64,000 nucleotides of DNA, from positions 288,001 to 352,000 of the forward strand of contig CAXXIA010000001.1 of NCBI GenBank assembly GCA_963666985.2, given 5' to 3'. Below are positions 1 through 8,685 of this stretch, one piece after another. Source of the DNA: Spirochaetia bacterium. GTDB lineage: Bacteria; Spirochaetota; Spirochaetia; DSM-2461. Below the pieces are notes generated by a model, which did no database searches, was not told the DNA's origin, and saw only the letters and a list, made by a program, of their open reading frames with translations. The translations under genes and the position numbers were made by a program. The first letter of the stretch is position 1; each line of letters opens with the position of its first letter.

Positions 1-441
1 CCGCCTCTGGAAACCGACCTCATCGTTAAGGAAATTGAAGATCATTTCCCCGGAGATGAGTCCGATGAGAATATCGTTATTGAGAGAACGGCGCGCGGAT
101 TATCCGTAACTCTGAGAAATTTGCATTTTCAGCCGGATACCGCCGTTATTGTTTCCGAGGATTCCGTGTTGCTGGATGAATTGGCCGGGATTCTTGAGGC
201 AATACCGGAAAGAACCGTTATGGTCAGGGGACATACGGCTGATGTCGGCAGACCGGGCGAGCAATATTCCCTCTCCGAGAAGCGGGCGAAGCATGTGGCC
301 GACGAACTCAATCGGCGGGGAGTTGATCCTCGAAGGCTTATCTATGAAGGCGTGGGCGCCGATGAGCCTGTCGGCGACAACGGAACCGAAGAAGGGCGAA
401 TCCGCAACAGGCGCGTCGAGCTGTTCATTCTCGAAGACTGA
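1..441 (+). CDS. OmpA/MotB-family peptidoglycan-binding protein, C-terminal part (5' end outside window)
   Basis: Frame open from base 1; motifs LHFQPD, RGHTAD, LSEKRA, NRRVE. Confidence 0.9.
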   Translation, partial: PPLETDLIVKEIEDHFPGDESDENIVIERTARGLSVTLRNLHFQPDTAVIVSEDSVLLDELAGILEAIPERTVMVRGHTADVGRPGEQYSLSEKRAKHVADELNRRGVDPRRLIYEGVGADEPVGDNGTEEGRIRNRRVELFILED

Positions 442-489
442 TTCCTTAAGAATATGAGCTTAAGCGGGGCGATATTGAGTGAAATGATT

Positions 490-515
490 AACAGCGGACC
501 TTTATGTCCGCTGTT
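490..515. terminator. Hairpin between convergent genes (probable bidirectional terminator)
   Basis: Perfect 10-bp inverted repeat AACAGCGGAC-ctttat-GTCCGCTGTT. Confidence 0.6.
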
Positions 516-557
516 GCTGTATTAGGATTTGGCCGCGACAGGAAAAACGCGGTTTTA

Positions 558-752
558 TTACTTTTTTAACCGATTGCGGCGGGAGGCCATGGCGATGGCA
601 CGGTCCATTGCCTGATTCTTGGATCTATAAGCTTTATAGTCTTTATCGTTCAGCGTAATAATGAAATTTTCATTGGGTTTCCCGGTATCGTCGCTGAACC
701 ATTCCCTGATGACTTTCACACCGTTTTCAAATTCTTTCAGCAAATCTCTCAT
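558..752 (-). CDS. Small hypothetical protein (64 aa)
   Basis: ATG preceded by AGGAG Shine-Dalgarno; fills gap downstream of malQ. Confidence 0.7.
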   Translation of the reverse strand: MRDLLKEFENGVKVIREWFSDDTGKPNENFIITLNDKDYKAYRSKNQAMDRAIAMASRRNRLKK

Positions 753-863
753 AGTTTTCTCCTGTATACACTCTATCGGCGATTTCTCTTAAAAAATGAT
801 TTTACGTTACTTTAGAGGATGTATTTCCGTTTTTTGGGTTAGGTTTAAGCCGATTTTTTCAGA

Positions 864-2399
864 TTATGATTTTCGATTCTTCTCTTTATTGTTTCTTCGG
901 CCGTATATTTCGGTTGTTTTCCTGAGAGAGGCCGCTAAATTCGGATCGAATGAATCTGCGGAAGCTCTCCAGGTCCAGTTTCCGCCCAGCGTTCCGGGCG
1001 TGTTGAATCGCGCTTCACTTCCCAGTCCCAGGATGTCCTGAAACGGTGTAATCGCCACATCGGCTACGGAGGCCAAAGCCGCCCTGATTAGGGCCCGAGC
1101 AACTTCTTTCCCCTTTACTCTTTTTTTGAGGCCAAGGTAGTCCCGTGTTGTCCGCCTATCTGATTCCCGGGCGGAATTAAACCAGCCGACTGAGGTATCG
1201 TTGTCGTGTGTTCCCGTATAAACCAAGCAGTGGTTTCCGTAATTATGCGGTAGATAGTCATTCTCTTCGGATGAATCAAAAGCGAATTGGAGAACTTTCA
1301 TCCCCGGAAAACCGCAGCCGGATATCAGTTCCACAACGTCTTCGGTAATAACGCCCAAATCTTCCGCGATGATAGGGACATCGCCCAACTGTTTTCGGAC
1401 TTCGGCGAAAAGTTCTTTTCCCGGAGCCGGAATCCATTCTCCGTTTACCGCCGTTTTTTCTCCGTAAGGCACCGACCAATAAGCGGAAAAACCGCGAAAA
1501 TGGTCGATTCTGAGGACATCGTAATGTTCCAGTTTGTCACGGAGAACGGAGATCCACCAGGAGAATCGATTTTTCTTCATTACGTTCCAGTTGTAAAGCG
1601 GATTGCCCCAGAGCTGGCCGGTTTCCGAGAAATAATCCGGCGGTACACCGGCAACTCGGAGAGGTTTCCTTTCTTCATCGAGCTGGAATAAATGAGGATT
1701 GGCCCAGCAGTCCGACGAATCGAATGAAATGAAGATCGGAAGATCGCCGATAATGCCTATTCCTTTATCCCCGGCCGCTTTCTTAACGGCTTCCCACTGA
1801 CGGAAAAACAAAAATTGTGAAAATGAGTGGGAATCCGTTTCTTCCGCCGCCTCATTTGCAAGGCGGGCCAGAGCGTCGGAATCACGCAGGCGGTATTCTT
1901 CGTCCCAGAGGTTCCAGGGATTGCCTCCGTGACGGTCCTTGAGCACCATGAACAGAGCAAAATCATTCAGCCATGAAGAGGCGTGCTGTTTAAATTCGGA
2001 ATACTCGGCTTTCAGCTCGGCCGGTCCGCCGCCTTTTTGGAAGCGCTGCCAGGCTTTATCAAGGGCTTTTTTCTTCAAGGGGATGAGAGAACCGAAATCA
2101 ACATGCTTTTTCGGTAAGGCTTCAAAGGGTTTAAGATCGGTTTCATCGAGCAGGCGGAGTTCTTTCAGGTTTTCGAGACTGATGAGGTTCGGATTTCCCG
2201 CGAAGGCACTGAAACCCTGGTAGGGAGAATCACCATATCCTGTTGGAACGAGGGGACAAATTTGCCAATAACTTTGACCGGCATCGGCAAGCCAATCGAG
2301 AAACTTCAAAGCTTCATCGCCCAGTGAGCCGATGCCGTGTTTCCCCGGAAGAGCCGTCGGATGCAGGAGAACCCCGCTGGACCGTTCGAATCGTTTCAT
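864..2399 (-). CDS. malQ: 4-alpha-glucanotransferase (GH77 amylomaltase)
   Basis: RSSGVLLHPTALPG, GDSPY, AGVPPDYFSETGQLWGNP, RIDHFRGF, AEDLG, YTGTHDNDT. Confidence 0.97.
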   Translation of the reverse strand: MKRFERSSGVLLHPTALPGKHGIGSLGDEALKFLDWLADAGQSYWQICPLVPTGYGDSPYQGFSAFAGNPNLISLENLKELRLLDETDLKPFEALPKKHVDFGSLIPLKKKALDKAWQRFQKGGGPAELKAEYSEFKQHASSWLNDFALFMVLKDRHGGNPWNLWDEEYRLRDSDALARLANEAAEETDSHSFSQFLFFRQWEAVKKAAGDKGIGIIGDLPIFISFDSSDCWANPHLFQLDEERKPLRVAGVPPDYFSETGQLWGNPLYNWNVMKKNRFSWWISVLRDKLEHYDVLRIDHFRGFSAYWSVPYGEKTAVNGEWIPAPGKELFAEVRKQLGDVPIIAEDLGVITEDVVELISGCGFPGMKVLQFAFDSSEENDYLPHNYGNHCLVYTGTHDNDTSVGWFNSARESDRRTTRDYLGLKKRVKGKEVARALIRAALASVADVAITPFQDILGLGSEARFNTPGTLGGNWTWRASADSFDPNLAASLRKTTEIYGRRNNKEKNRKS

Positions 2400-2557
2400 T
2401 CGGAAATCCTTTTGATGAGCTGAAGCGATTTTTGAAATGAAACCCTTCTAACTTGATTCTAAAGGGATTTCAGCCATCGGTTCCAAGCAATTTCATGAAT
2501 TATGAAATTGCCTTAGCTCATCATAATTATATAGCTTAAGAGCGTGAAGCGTATGGA

Positions 2558-3568
2558 ATGTTATTCATGAACAAACAAAAAGAGAACTTTCCGGGAAGAT
2601 TTTGGGCGGCTCCGATGGCGGAATTCACGCATGCGGGTTTCAGGTGGTGGTGTGAGGAGTACGGCGGCGCAGATCTTTATTTTTCCGAGATGATCGGGGT
2701 GAGAGCCTTAAATTTCGGGAGTGCGTATCTATCGTGGTATACGGAGTCTCTCCCGGTGCCTGAGAAAACCGTTTTTCAGCTTTGGGGTGTTCATGTTGAC
2801 GATTTTAAAAAGGCCGTAGGAAAGCTTTCCGAATTCCCCATACCCGGAATTGATGTGAACATGGGCTGCGGTGCTCCCCAAATCAGGATGAAAGGCGGCG
2901 GCATTACTCTGATGTCCGATGCCGACAGGGCTGCGAGGATTATTGAAACACTTGCCGAGGGACTTCCCGATAAGAGTGTCTCCGCGAAAATCCGAATTGG
3001 CGAGCATGAGGACGAAACAGCCCTTATTTCTTTCGCTAAAAGGCTGGAGAATGCCGGTGCAAGCTGGATTACCTTGAACCCCCGAACACGCCGGGATAAA
3101 CATCATCGTCCCGCCAGATGGGAGTTTGTCCGTTTGCTCAAGGAAAATCTTCGAATTCCCGTTGTTGGAAACGGAGATATTCATGATTGGGAAAGCTTTC
3201 AAAGACGCCGGGACCAATCCGGTGCCGATGCGTTTATGATCGGCAGGGCCGCCGTGAAAAAACCGTGGATTTTTGAATATCTCCGGAACAAAGAATCAAT
3301 TCCTCCGGGTTGTTCGAACACTCATGTTCGGCATATCAACCTTCCGGCCATGGCTTTCTCGGCATTGGACGGTATCGAAAAATGGCAGCCCCCGGAATTC
3401 CAAATCGGTCGGGCCGGGAAATTCTTTTCGATATGGACCGGGCAGTTGATATTCGGTCATCGGCTTCATTCCGCGCTTTGTTCTCTTAAGTCTCTTGAAT
3501 CGATGAGGAACGAGTTGGACGCCTATTTTCAGAGAAATCCTGAAGAGGCCGTTTTAAAGATTCGGTAG
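2558..3568 (+). CDS. tRNA-dihydrouridine synthase family protein
   Basis: APMA, DVNMGC, SAKIRIG, PVVGNGDI, MIGRAA..PW. Confidence 0.9.
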   Translation: MLFMNKQKENFPGRFWAAPMAEFTHAGFRWWCEEYGGADLYFSEMIGVRALNFGSAYLSWYTESLPVPEKTVFQLWGVHVDDFKKAVGKLSEFPIPGIDVNMGCGAPQIRMKGGGITLMSDADRAARIIETLAEGLPDKSVSAKIRIGEHEDETALISFAKRLENAGASWITLNPRTRRDKHHRPARWEFVRLLKENLRIPVVGNGDIHDWESFQRRRDQSGADAFMIGRAAVKKPWIFEYLRNKESIPPGCSNTHVRHINLPAMAFSALDGIEKWQPPEFQIGRAGKFFSIWTGQLIFGHRLHSALCSLKSLESMRNELDAYFQRNPEEAVLKIR

Positions 3569-3789
3569 GGCGCTAATCTCGTTCACTCTCCACGCTTAAG
3601 AGATTCGTTTCCTCCGGACGAACAAAAACGTTCGGAGGGTATGACGGAACGGTTCGAAAGCATCGAATCAGGAGTCATAATTCGGATCGTTCCTATCGAT
3701 CCGTATACCCGAATTGCGTCTCGGATCACGCGGTATTTCTCATGTTTCTGCGTCCATTACAAAGATCCGCCCCAAAAGAGGCGTTCGGC

Positions 3790-3895
3790 TAATTATTAGT
3801 AGTAAATATATATTTACATACATATTAAATAAAAAATAATTTTATTATTTAATATCGATAAAATATGATATATATCTAATAATATAAGAAAACGA
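3790..3895. promoter_or_regulatory. Very AT-rich promoter region with several palindromes upstream of the sulfur operon
   Basis: Nearly pure A/T tract; palindromes at 3802-3817 and 3867-3876; inverted repeat 3822-3831/3846-3855. Confidence 0.6.
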
Positions 3896-3934
3896 TCAAA
3901 GATCGTGGGAGATTACAGAAAGAGGAGGTGGCGA

Positions 3935-4642
3935 ATGGGAGATCAATCTCAGATGGCGGCCGAAGGCGGTATCCGGCGCAGTACCCGAACTCGGGAGAGG
4001 AAGAAAAAGAAGAATCAGATTCCCTTTGGGATCTTGGCGGTTCTGGTTGTCGTCGCCATCGGTATCATTCTTACGCATACATCCGGAACACGTGTTGCGT
4101 TCTTCTGGATGCTGGGCAATATTTTCGGTTTCGTGCTCCAGCGTTCCCGTTTTTGCTTTACGGCTTCGATGCGCGATCCCTACCTCACGGGAAGCACGAG
4201 TCTGACGAAAGCCGTTTTAACCGCGTTCGCCGTTACCACCATCGGTTTTGCCGCGATTAAGTACGGAGCTTTCGTTAAGGGTTTACCCATTCCCGGACAA
4301 TCCTATGTGGTGCCTTTCGGCGTTCATACAATGGTCGGTGCTTTCATGTTCGGCATCGGCATGGTTATCGCCGGCGGATGCGCGTCGGGAACTCTGATGC
4401 GTGTGGGAGAGGGCTTCGGCATGCAGATTCTCTCGCTGTTTTTCTTCATCGTCGGTTCGCTGCTTGGCGCAGCGACATTCGGCTGGTGGAAGCTGACGTT
4501 CATCGTCAGGAGTCCGAAGGTGTTTCTGCCCGATGTTTTCGGATGGATCGGTGCCGTAGTGATTCAGCTGCTGATTATCGCCTTGCTCTGGATAGCGGCG
4601 GATAAATGGGCAAAACATAAAAATGCTTCGGGTGCGCATTAA
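3935..4642 (+). CDS. YeeE/YedE sulfur-compound transporter family protein (N-terminal-half type)
   Basis: GFVLQRSRFCF and GMVIAGGCASG motifs; multiple TM helices; GAGGAGGT SD before ATG 3935. Confidence 0.92.
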   Translation: MGDQSQMAAEGGIRRSTRTRERKKKKNQIPFGILAVLVVVAIGIILTHTSGTRVAFFWMLGNIFGFVLQRSRFCFTASMRDPYLTGSTSLTKAVLTAFAVTTIGFAAIKYGAFVKGLPIPGQSYVVPFGVHTMVGAFMFGIGMVIAGGCASGTLMRVGEGFGMQILSLFFFIVGSLLGAATFGWWKLTFIVRSPKVFLPDVFGWIGAVVIQLLIIALLWIAADKWAKHKNASGAH

Positions 4643-4673
4643 CTGAATAAGTTATTTATATAAGGAGATTTAT

Positions 4674-4904
4674 ATGAGTAAAGAAGTTGAATTGGACTGC
4701 ATGGGCGAAGCCTGTCCCGTTCCTCTGATTAAAGCCGAGAAGGCTCTGGCCGACTTGGATGTCGGAGATATTCTCATCGTTCTGATCGATCACAGCTGTG
4801 CGATGAAGAATGTTCCCGAGTGGGCTCGTGAGCAGGGACACAATGTGGAACTTGAGGAAGTCGACGACGGCGAATGGGAAGTCGTCATTGAAAAGGTGAA
4901 ATAG
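4674..4904 (+). CDS. TusA/SirA/YeeD-family sulfur carrier
   Basis: LDCMGEACPVP (CPxP) motif; 76 aa; strong SD. Confidence 0.93.
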   Translation: MSKEVELDCMGEACPVPLIKAEKALADLDVGDILIVLIDHSCAMKNVPEWAREQGHNVELEEVDDGEWEVVIEKVK

Positions 4905-4989
4905 GTTTCCCCTCAAGTCATCGGATGCCGGGGGCGTCTCGGCGGTCCCGGCATCTCGAAGAATTTCCAACGCGTTCATTGAGGATATT

Positions 4990-5538
4990 ATGAAGAGATT
5001 TTTCGAAAATATAAAAACCAACGATTACTACAAGGCTTGGCTGAAGGACGCTTGGCCTTATTTAACCGGAGCGGTCCTTCTTTCGATTTTCCAGATTGTT
5101 TCATTGGCGGGAACGGGATCTCCTTGGGGGGTATCCGGAACATTGGCCGATTGGGGCGCTTGGCTTTATCAGCTTGTCGGCGGCTCCGTGGAAAAGTGGT
5201 ACTATTTTTCTTCGGAAGCCGTTCAGGCGAAATTGGCGGCCGGTCCCTTATCCGATCCGGGGACTCTGCGCAATCTCGGCATCATAACAGGAGCCTTATC
5301 CGCGACTCTTATCGCCAGCGGCTTTAAATTCAAAAAGATCAAATCCTGGAAACAAGTTGCGGCGGCTGTGCTCGGCGGTCTTCTCATGGGATACGGAGCC
5401 CGTATCGCCTTCGGATGCAACATCGGAGCATTGTTCAGCGGGATTTCTTCCATGTCCGTATCCGGTTGGGTTTACGCGCTTTTTATGTTCCCCGGAGCCG
5501 TCGTAGGCAGCAAATTGCTGGTTAAGTATTTCATGTAA
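4990..5538 (+). CDS. YeeE/YedE family protein (C-terminal-half type)
   Basis: PWGVS and GGLLMGYGARIAFGCNIG motifs. Confidence 0.92.
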   Translation: MKRFFENIKTNDYYKAWLKDAWPYLTGAVLLSIFQIVSLAGTGSPWGVSGTLADWGAWLYQLVGGSVEKWYYFSSEAVQAKLAAGPLSDPGTLRNLGIITGALSATLIASGFKFKKIKSWKQVAAAVLGGLLMGYGARIAFGCNIGALFSGISSMSVSGWVYALFMFPGAVVGSKLLVKYFM

Positions 5539-5551
5539 CGGGGAATAGAAT

Positions 5552-6796
5552 ATGAGAGAGAAAACAAGAGAACGATACGACGTTGTTATTATCGGTGGCG
5601 GCGCGGCCGGTCTTACCGCCGGAATTTACTGCGGCAGGGCCCGCCTTAATACTTTGCTTATTGAAAAAGCCCTTATCGGCGGTTTGGCTACGTATACCAG
5701 CGAAATTGAAAATTATTCCGGATTTCCTGGTGGGGCTTCCGGTCTCGATTTGATGAATCTTTTCAAAGATCAAGCTAAGAAATTCAATGTCCGTATTAAA
5801 GGAACGGATGTGAAAGAAGTGAATTTCGAGAGTGAATGGAAAGAAGTTCATACCTTCCGAAACATATTCGAAGCGAGAACAGTCATTATTGCATCCGGTG
5901 GCAGACCTCGGGTGACCGGCGGCATTGATGAAGAAAAATACCTTTTCGATAAAGGCATCAGTTTCTGCGCAACCTGCGACGCCGCAGCCAATGAAGGCAA
6001 GACGGTCATGATTATCGGTTCCGGGGATGCGGCTATAGAAGAGGGAATCTTCTTAACGAAATTTGCCAAGGAAGTGATTGTCAGCGTTATTCACGACGAG
6101 GGCAAGATGGATTGTAACGAGATTGCCCGTGAGCAGGCGCTGAATAATCCGAAAATGAGTTTCGCCTGGAACACCATGGTTCATTCCTTTAAAGGGGATG
6201 GCCATCTGAATACGGTCGTACTGAAAAACTTGAAGACAGGCGAGCTTCAGGATTATCCGGTCGATACATGTTTTGAATTCATCGGCTATATCCCCAATAC
6301 GGAAATCTTTAAAGATATTCTGGATCTTTCAAAGCAGGGCTACATCATCACGAATGAATTGATGGAAACCAAAATCCCCGGAGTATTCGCCGCCGGAGAT
6401 GTCCGGGAAAAATGGCTTAAACAGGTTGCGACCGCCGTGGGCGATGGAGCCATCGCCGGAGTGGGCGCCGAGAAATATATCGCCGATTCCGAAATTTTCG
6501 AGAACCAGATCATGCAGGCCGAAAAGCCCGGATTCATCTACGTTTATTCCGCCATCGACGATCCCAGCCGCGAACTGCTTCCCATGATGACGGAGATTGA
6601 ACAGTCTTACGGAGGCAAAGTGAAGCTCAGCGTTATTGATCTTTATAAGGGCAAGAAACTCTGCGACAGACTGGCCTGCGACGCGGAACCCATGACGATG
6701 TTTTACACGCTGAATGGTGAACTTGCGGCCACTGAGACCGAATGTGACAGACCGCATATTGAGGCCAGGCTCAATAAGCTTTTGGAAGAAGCCTAG
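5552..6796 (+). CDS. trxB: Thioredoxin-disulfide reductase with C-terminal thioredoxin-like extension
   Basis: GGGAAG FAD motif, CATC redox pair, GSGDAA, FAAGD; ~100 extra C-terminal residues. Confidence 0.88.
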   Translation: MREKTRERYDVVIIGGGAAGLTAGIYCGRARLNTLLIEKALIGGLATYTSEIENYSGFPGGASGLDLMNLFKDQAKKFNVRIKGTDVKEVNFESEWKEVHTFRNIFEARTVIIASGGRPRVTGGIDEEKYLFDKGISFCATCDAAANEGKTVMIIGSGDAAIEEGIFLTKFAKEVIVSVIHDEGKMDCNEIAREQALNNPKMSFAWNTMVHSFKGDGHLNTVVLKNLKTGELQDYPVDTCFEFIGYIPNTEIFKDILDLSKQGYIITNELMETKIPGVFAAGDVREKWLKQVATAVGDGAIAGVGAEKYIADSEIFENQIMQAEKPGFIYVYSAIDDPSRELLPMMTEIEQSYGGKVKLSVIDLYKGKKLCDRLACDAEPMTMFYTLNGELAATETECDRPHIEARLNKLLEEA

Positions 6797-6806
6797 GAGG
6801 TTGGAT

Positions 6807-7709
6807 ATGAAAAAAGCGATCTTTATACTCTCCGCCGCCGCCGTTCTTCTGTTAATGAGCTGCGCTCCCCCTCCCGGGGGCGGGAAAGGGACTGAAATCA
6901 TAAGCGCGCAGCAGGCTCTGACGCTTTTAAAGAGCGGTAATGTCGTTCTTGTAGATGCGGATACGGGAGTGAATTATAAGAAGCGTCACGTGGAGGGTGC
7001 CGTTAATATTCCAAGGCCCGCCATCGTCGTCAATAATCCCGTACCGAATATGCTGGCTCCCGCCGATCAAATTGAGCGTGTTCTGAGTGCCGCGGGAATA
7101 GGCAATGATACGTTGATTCTCGCCTACGACGATAACAAAAATATGGATTCGGCTCGATTATGGTTTACCGTGAAAGTTTACGGACATGACAAGGTTAAGG
7201 TTGTTTCAGGAGGTTTTACAGCGTTAACCGAAGCCGGCGCGGCGGTTACTTCCGCGATTCCGGAAGTCGCTCCCGCGTCTTTTTCAGCCGGCCCTCTTCG
7301 TGAAGATATGCTGATCAGCGGAAAAGAAATTCGGAAGCGAGTGGAAAATCCCCCCGGGAAATATGTCTTAATTGATACACGCAGCCTTCAGGAATACAAC
7401 GAGGGCACCATTCCCGGTGCGCTGCAGCTGGATTTCAGCGGGAATAATTTTTCGGACGGTACTTACAAGCCGGTTAATCAAATTCGAATACGCTATCTCG
7501 AAGAAAAAATCGATTACGACGATGAAATAGACATGTTCTGCAAAACTTCGATTCGCGGAGCCCAGACCTATCTTGCATTGTATAACGCCGGTTATCGAAA
7601 CTTAAAATTGTATGACGGGGCATGGGTTGAATGGGTCTCCAATCCCATGAATCCGGTTTTTATTCCCGAAGGAGCGGCATTGAAATTGGATGCCTCCGAT
7701 CAATCATAG
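6807..7709 (+). CDS. Tandem-domain rhodanese/sulfurtransferase lipoprotein (SseA-like)
   Basis: Lipobox LLLMSC after AGGAGG SD; HVEGA, IDTRS, active-site CKTSIR, LYDGAWVEW. Confidence 0.9.
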   Translation: MKKAIFILSAAAVLLLMSCAPPPGGGKGTEIISAQQALTLLKSGNVVLVDADTGVNYKKRHVEGAVNIPRPAIVVNNPVPNMLAPADQIERVLSAAGIGNDTLILAYDDNKNMDSARLWFTVKVYGHDKVKVVSGGFTALTEAGAAVTSAIPEVAPASFSAGPLREDMLISGKEIRKRVENPPGKYVLIDTRSLQEYNEGTIPGALQLDFSGNNFSDGTYKPVNQIRIRYLEEKIDYDDEIDMFCKTSIRGAQTYLALYNAGYRNLKLYDGAWVEWVSNPMNPVFIPEGAALKLDASDQS

Positions 7710-7729
7710 GAAATTAAAGGAGATTTATC

Positions 7730-8656
7730 ATGAAGAGATTTCTGTTTCTTATCCCGGCACTTGTTGCCATCGCTTCGGTATCATTCGTGTCCTGCTCCAA
7801 AGAACAGCCGGCGGCAGAAGCTCCCAAAGCGGAAGCGGCGCCGTCCGCTCCCTCCGTTGATCCGGTTGAAGACGCCGCAAATGCTTATTTCGCGGATTTC
7901 CCGGGCGCCCGGATTATCAAAGAAGATGCTTTCCTTGAAAAAGTGAAGGCCGGGGAATCTATGACCATTCTGGATATCAGGAGCGCCAAGGATTACGAGA
8001 CATCTCATGTCCGAGGAGCCGTGAATCTTCCCTGGGGGCCGGCCATCGCCGACAAACTTTCCTCGATTCCTCGGAGCGGACAAGTTTATGTCTATTGTTA
8101 TACGGGGCAAACGGCCGGTCAGGCGGTTGCCGTTTTGAATGTCGCCGGAATCCCGGCTCAAAGCGTTCGTTACGGCTTTGTGCGCGGAATCGGCAAGGTC
8201 GAAGGCTATGAAGATGCCCTCACAAGCGATCCCGCCGAACTGACCGGATCATTTTCTGTTGATCCCGCCGTTCAAGCGGCTGTCGATGCCTATTTTGCCG
8301 ATCTCGGAGAACCGCCGTTTAAAAACAACATCATCAGTGCATCCGATGCGGCCGCCGTTCTGGAAGCCGGTGAAGATGTGCAGTTCGTGGATGTTCGCAG
8401 CGCTGAAGATTATGCCGCCGGTCACATCGAAGGAGCCATGAACATTCCCTTTGGGAAAGGAATGCAGGAGTCGTTTGCAAATCTTCCGTCTGATAAGAAA
8501 TTGATTGTTAACTGCTATAGCGGACAGACAGCCGGGCAGACCGTCGCGATTCTTAATCTTCTCGGTTACGATGCGGCCAGCATCAACAGCGGAATGGATA
8601 CCCCCTTAACCGGTGATAAAGGCTGGGCTAATGAGGGATTTCCGCTCGTTAAGTAA
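7730..8656 (+). CDS. Double rhodanese-domain lipoprotein
   Basis: Lipobox SFVSC; two domains with D(I/V)RS..DY...H(V/I).GA and CY(T/S)GQTA. Confidence 0.9.
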   Translation: MKRFLFLIPALVAIASVSFVSCSKEQPAAEAPKAEAAPSAPSVDPVEDAANAYFADFPGARIIKEDAFLEKVKAGESMTILDIRSAKDYETSHVRGAVNLPWGPAIADKLSSIPRSGQVYVYCYTGQTAGQAVAVLNVAGIPAQSVRYGFVRGIGKVEGYEDALTSDPAELTGSFSVDPAVQAAVDAYFADLGEPPFKNNIISASDAAAVLEAGEDVQFVDVRSAEDYAAGHIEGAMNIPFGKGMQESFANLPSDKKLIVNCYSGQTAGQTVAILNLLGYDAASINSGMDTPLTGDKGWANEGFPLVK

Positions 8657-8685
8657 TCATCGATGACCTTTCGTTTTTGAGTTTT

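Noticed and set aside
3935..8656. Selenocysteine recoding in the YeeE/TusA/TrxB operon
   Set aside because: No in-frame TGA; genes end in TAA or TAG and active sites are Cys
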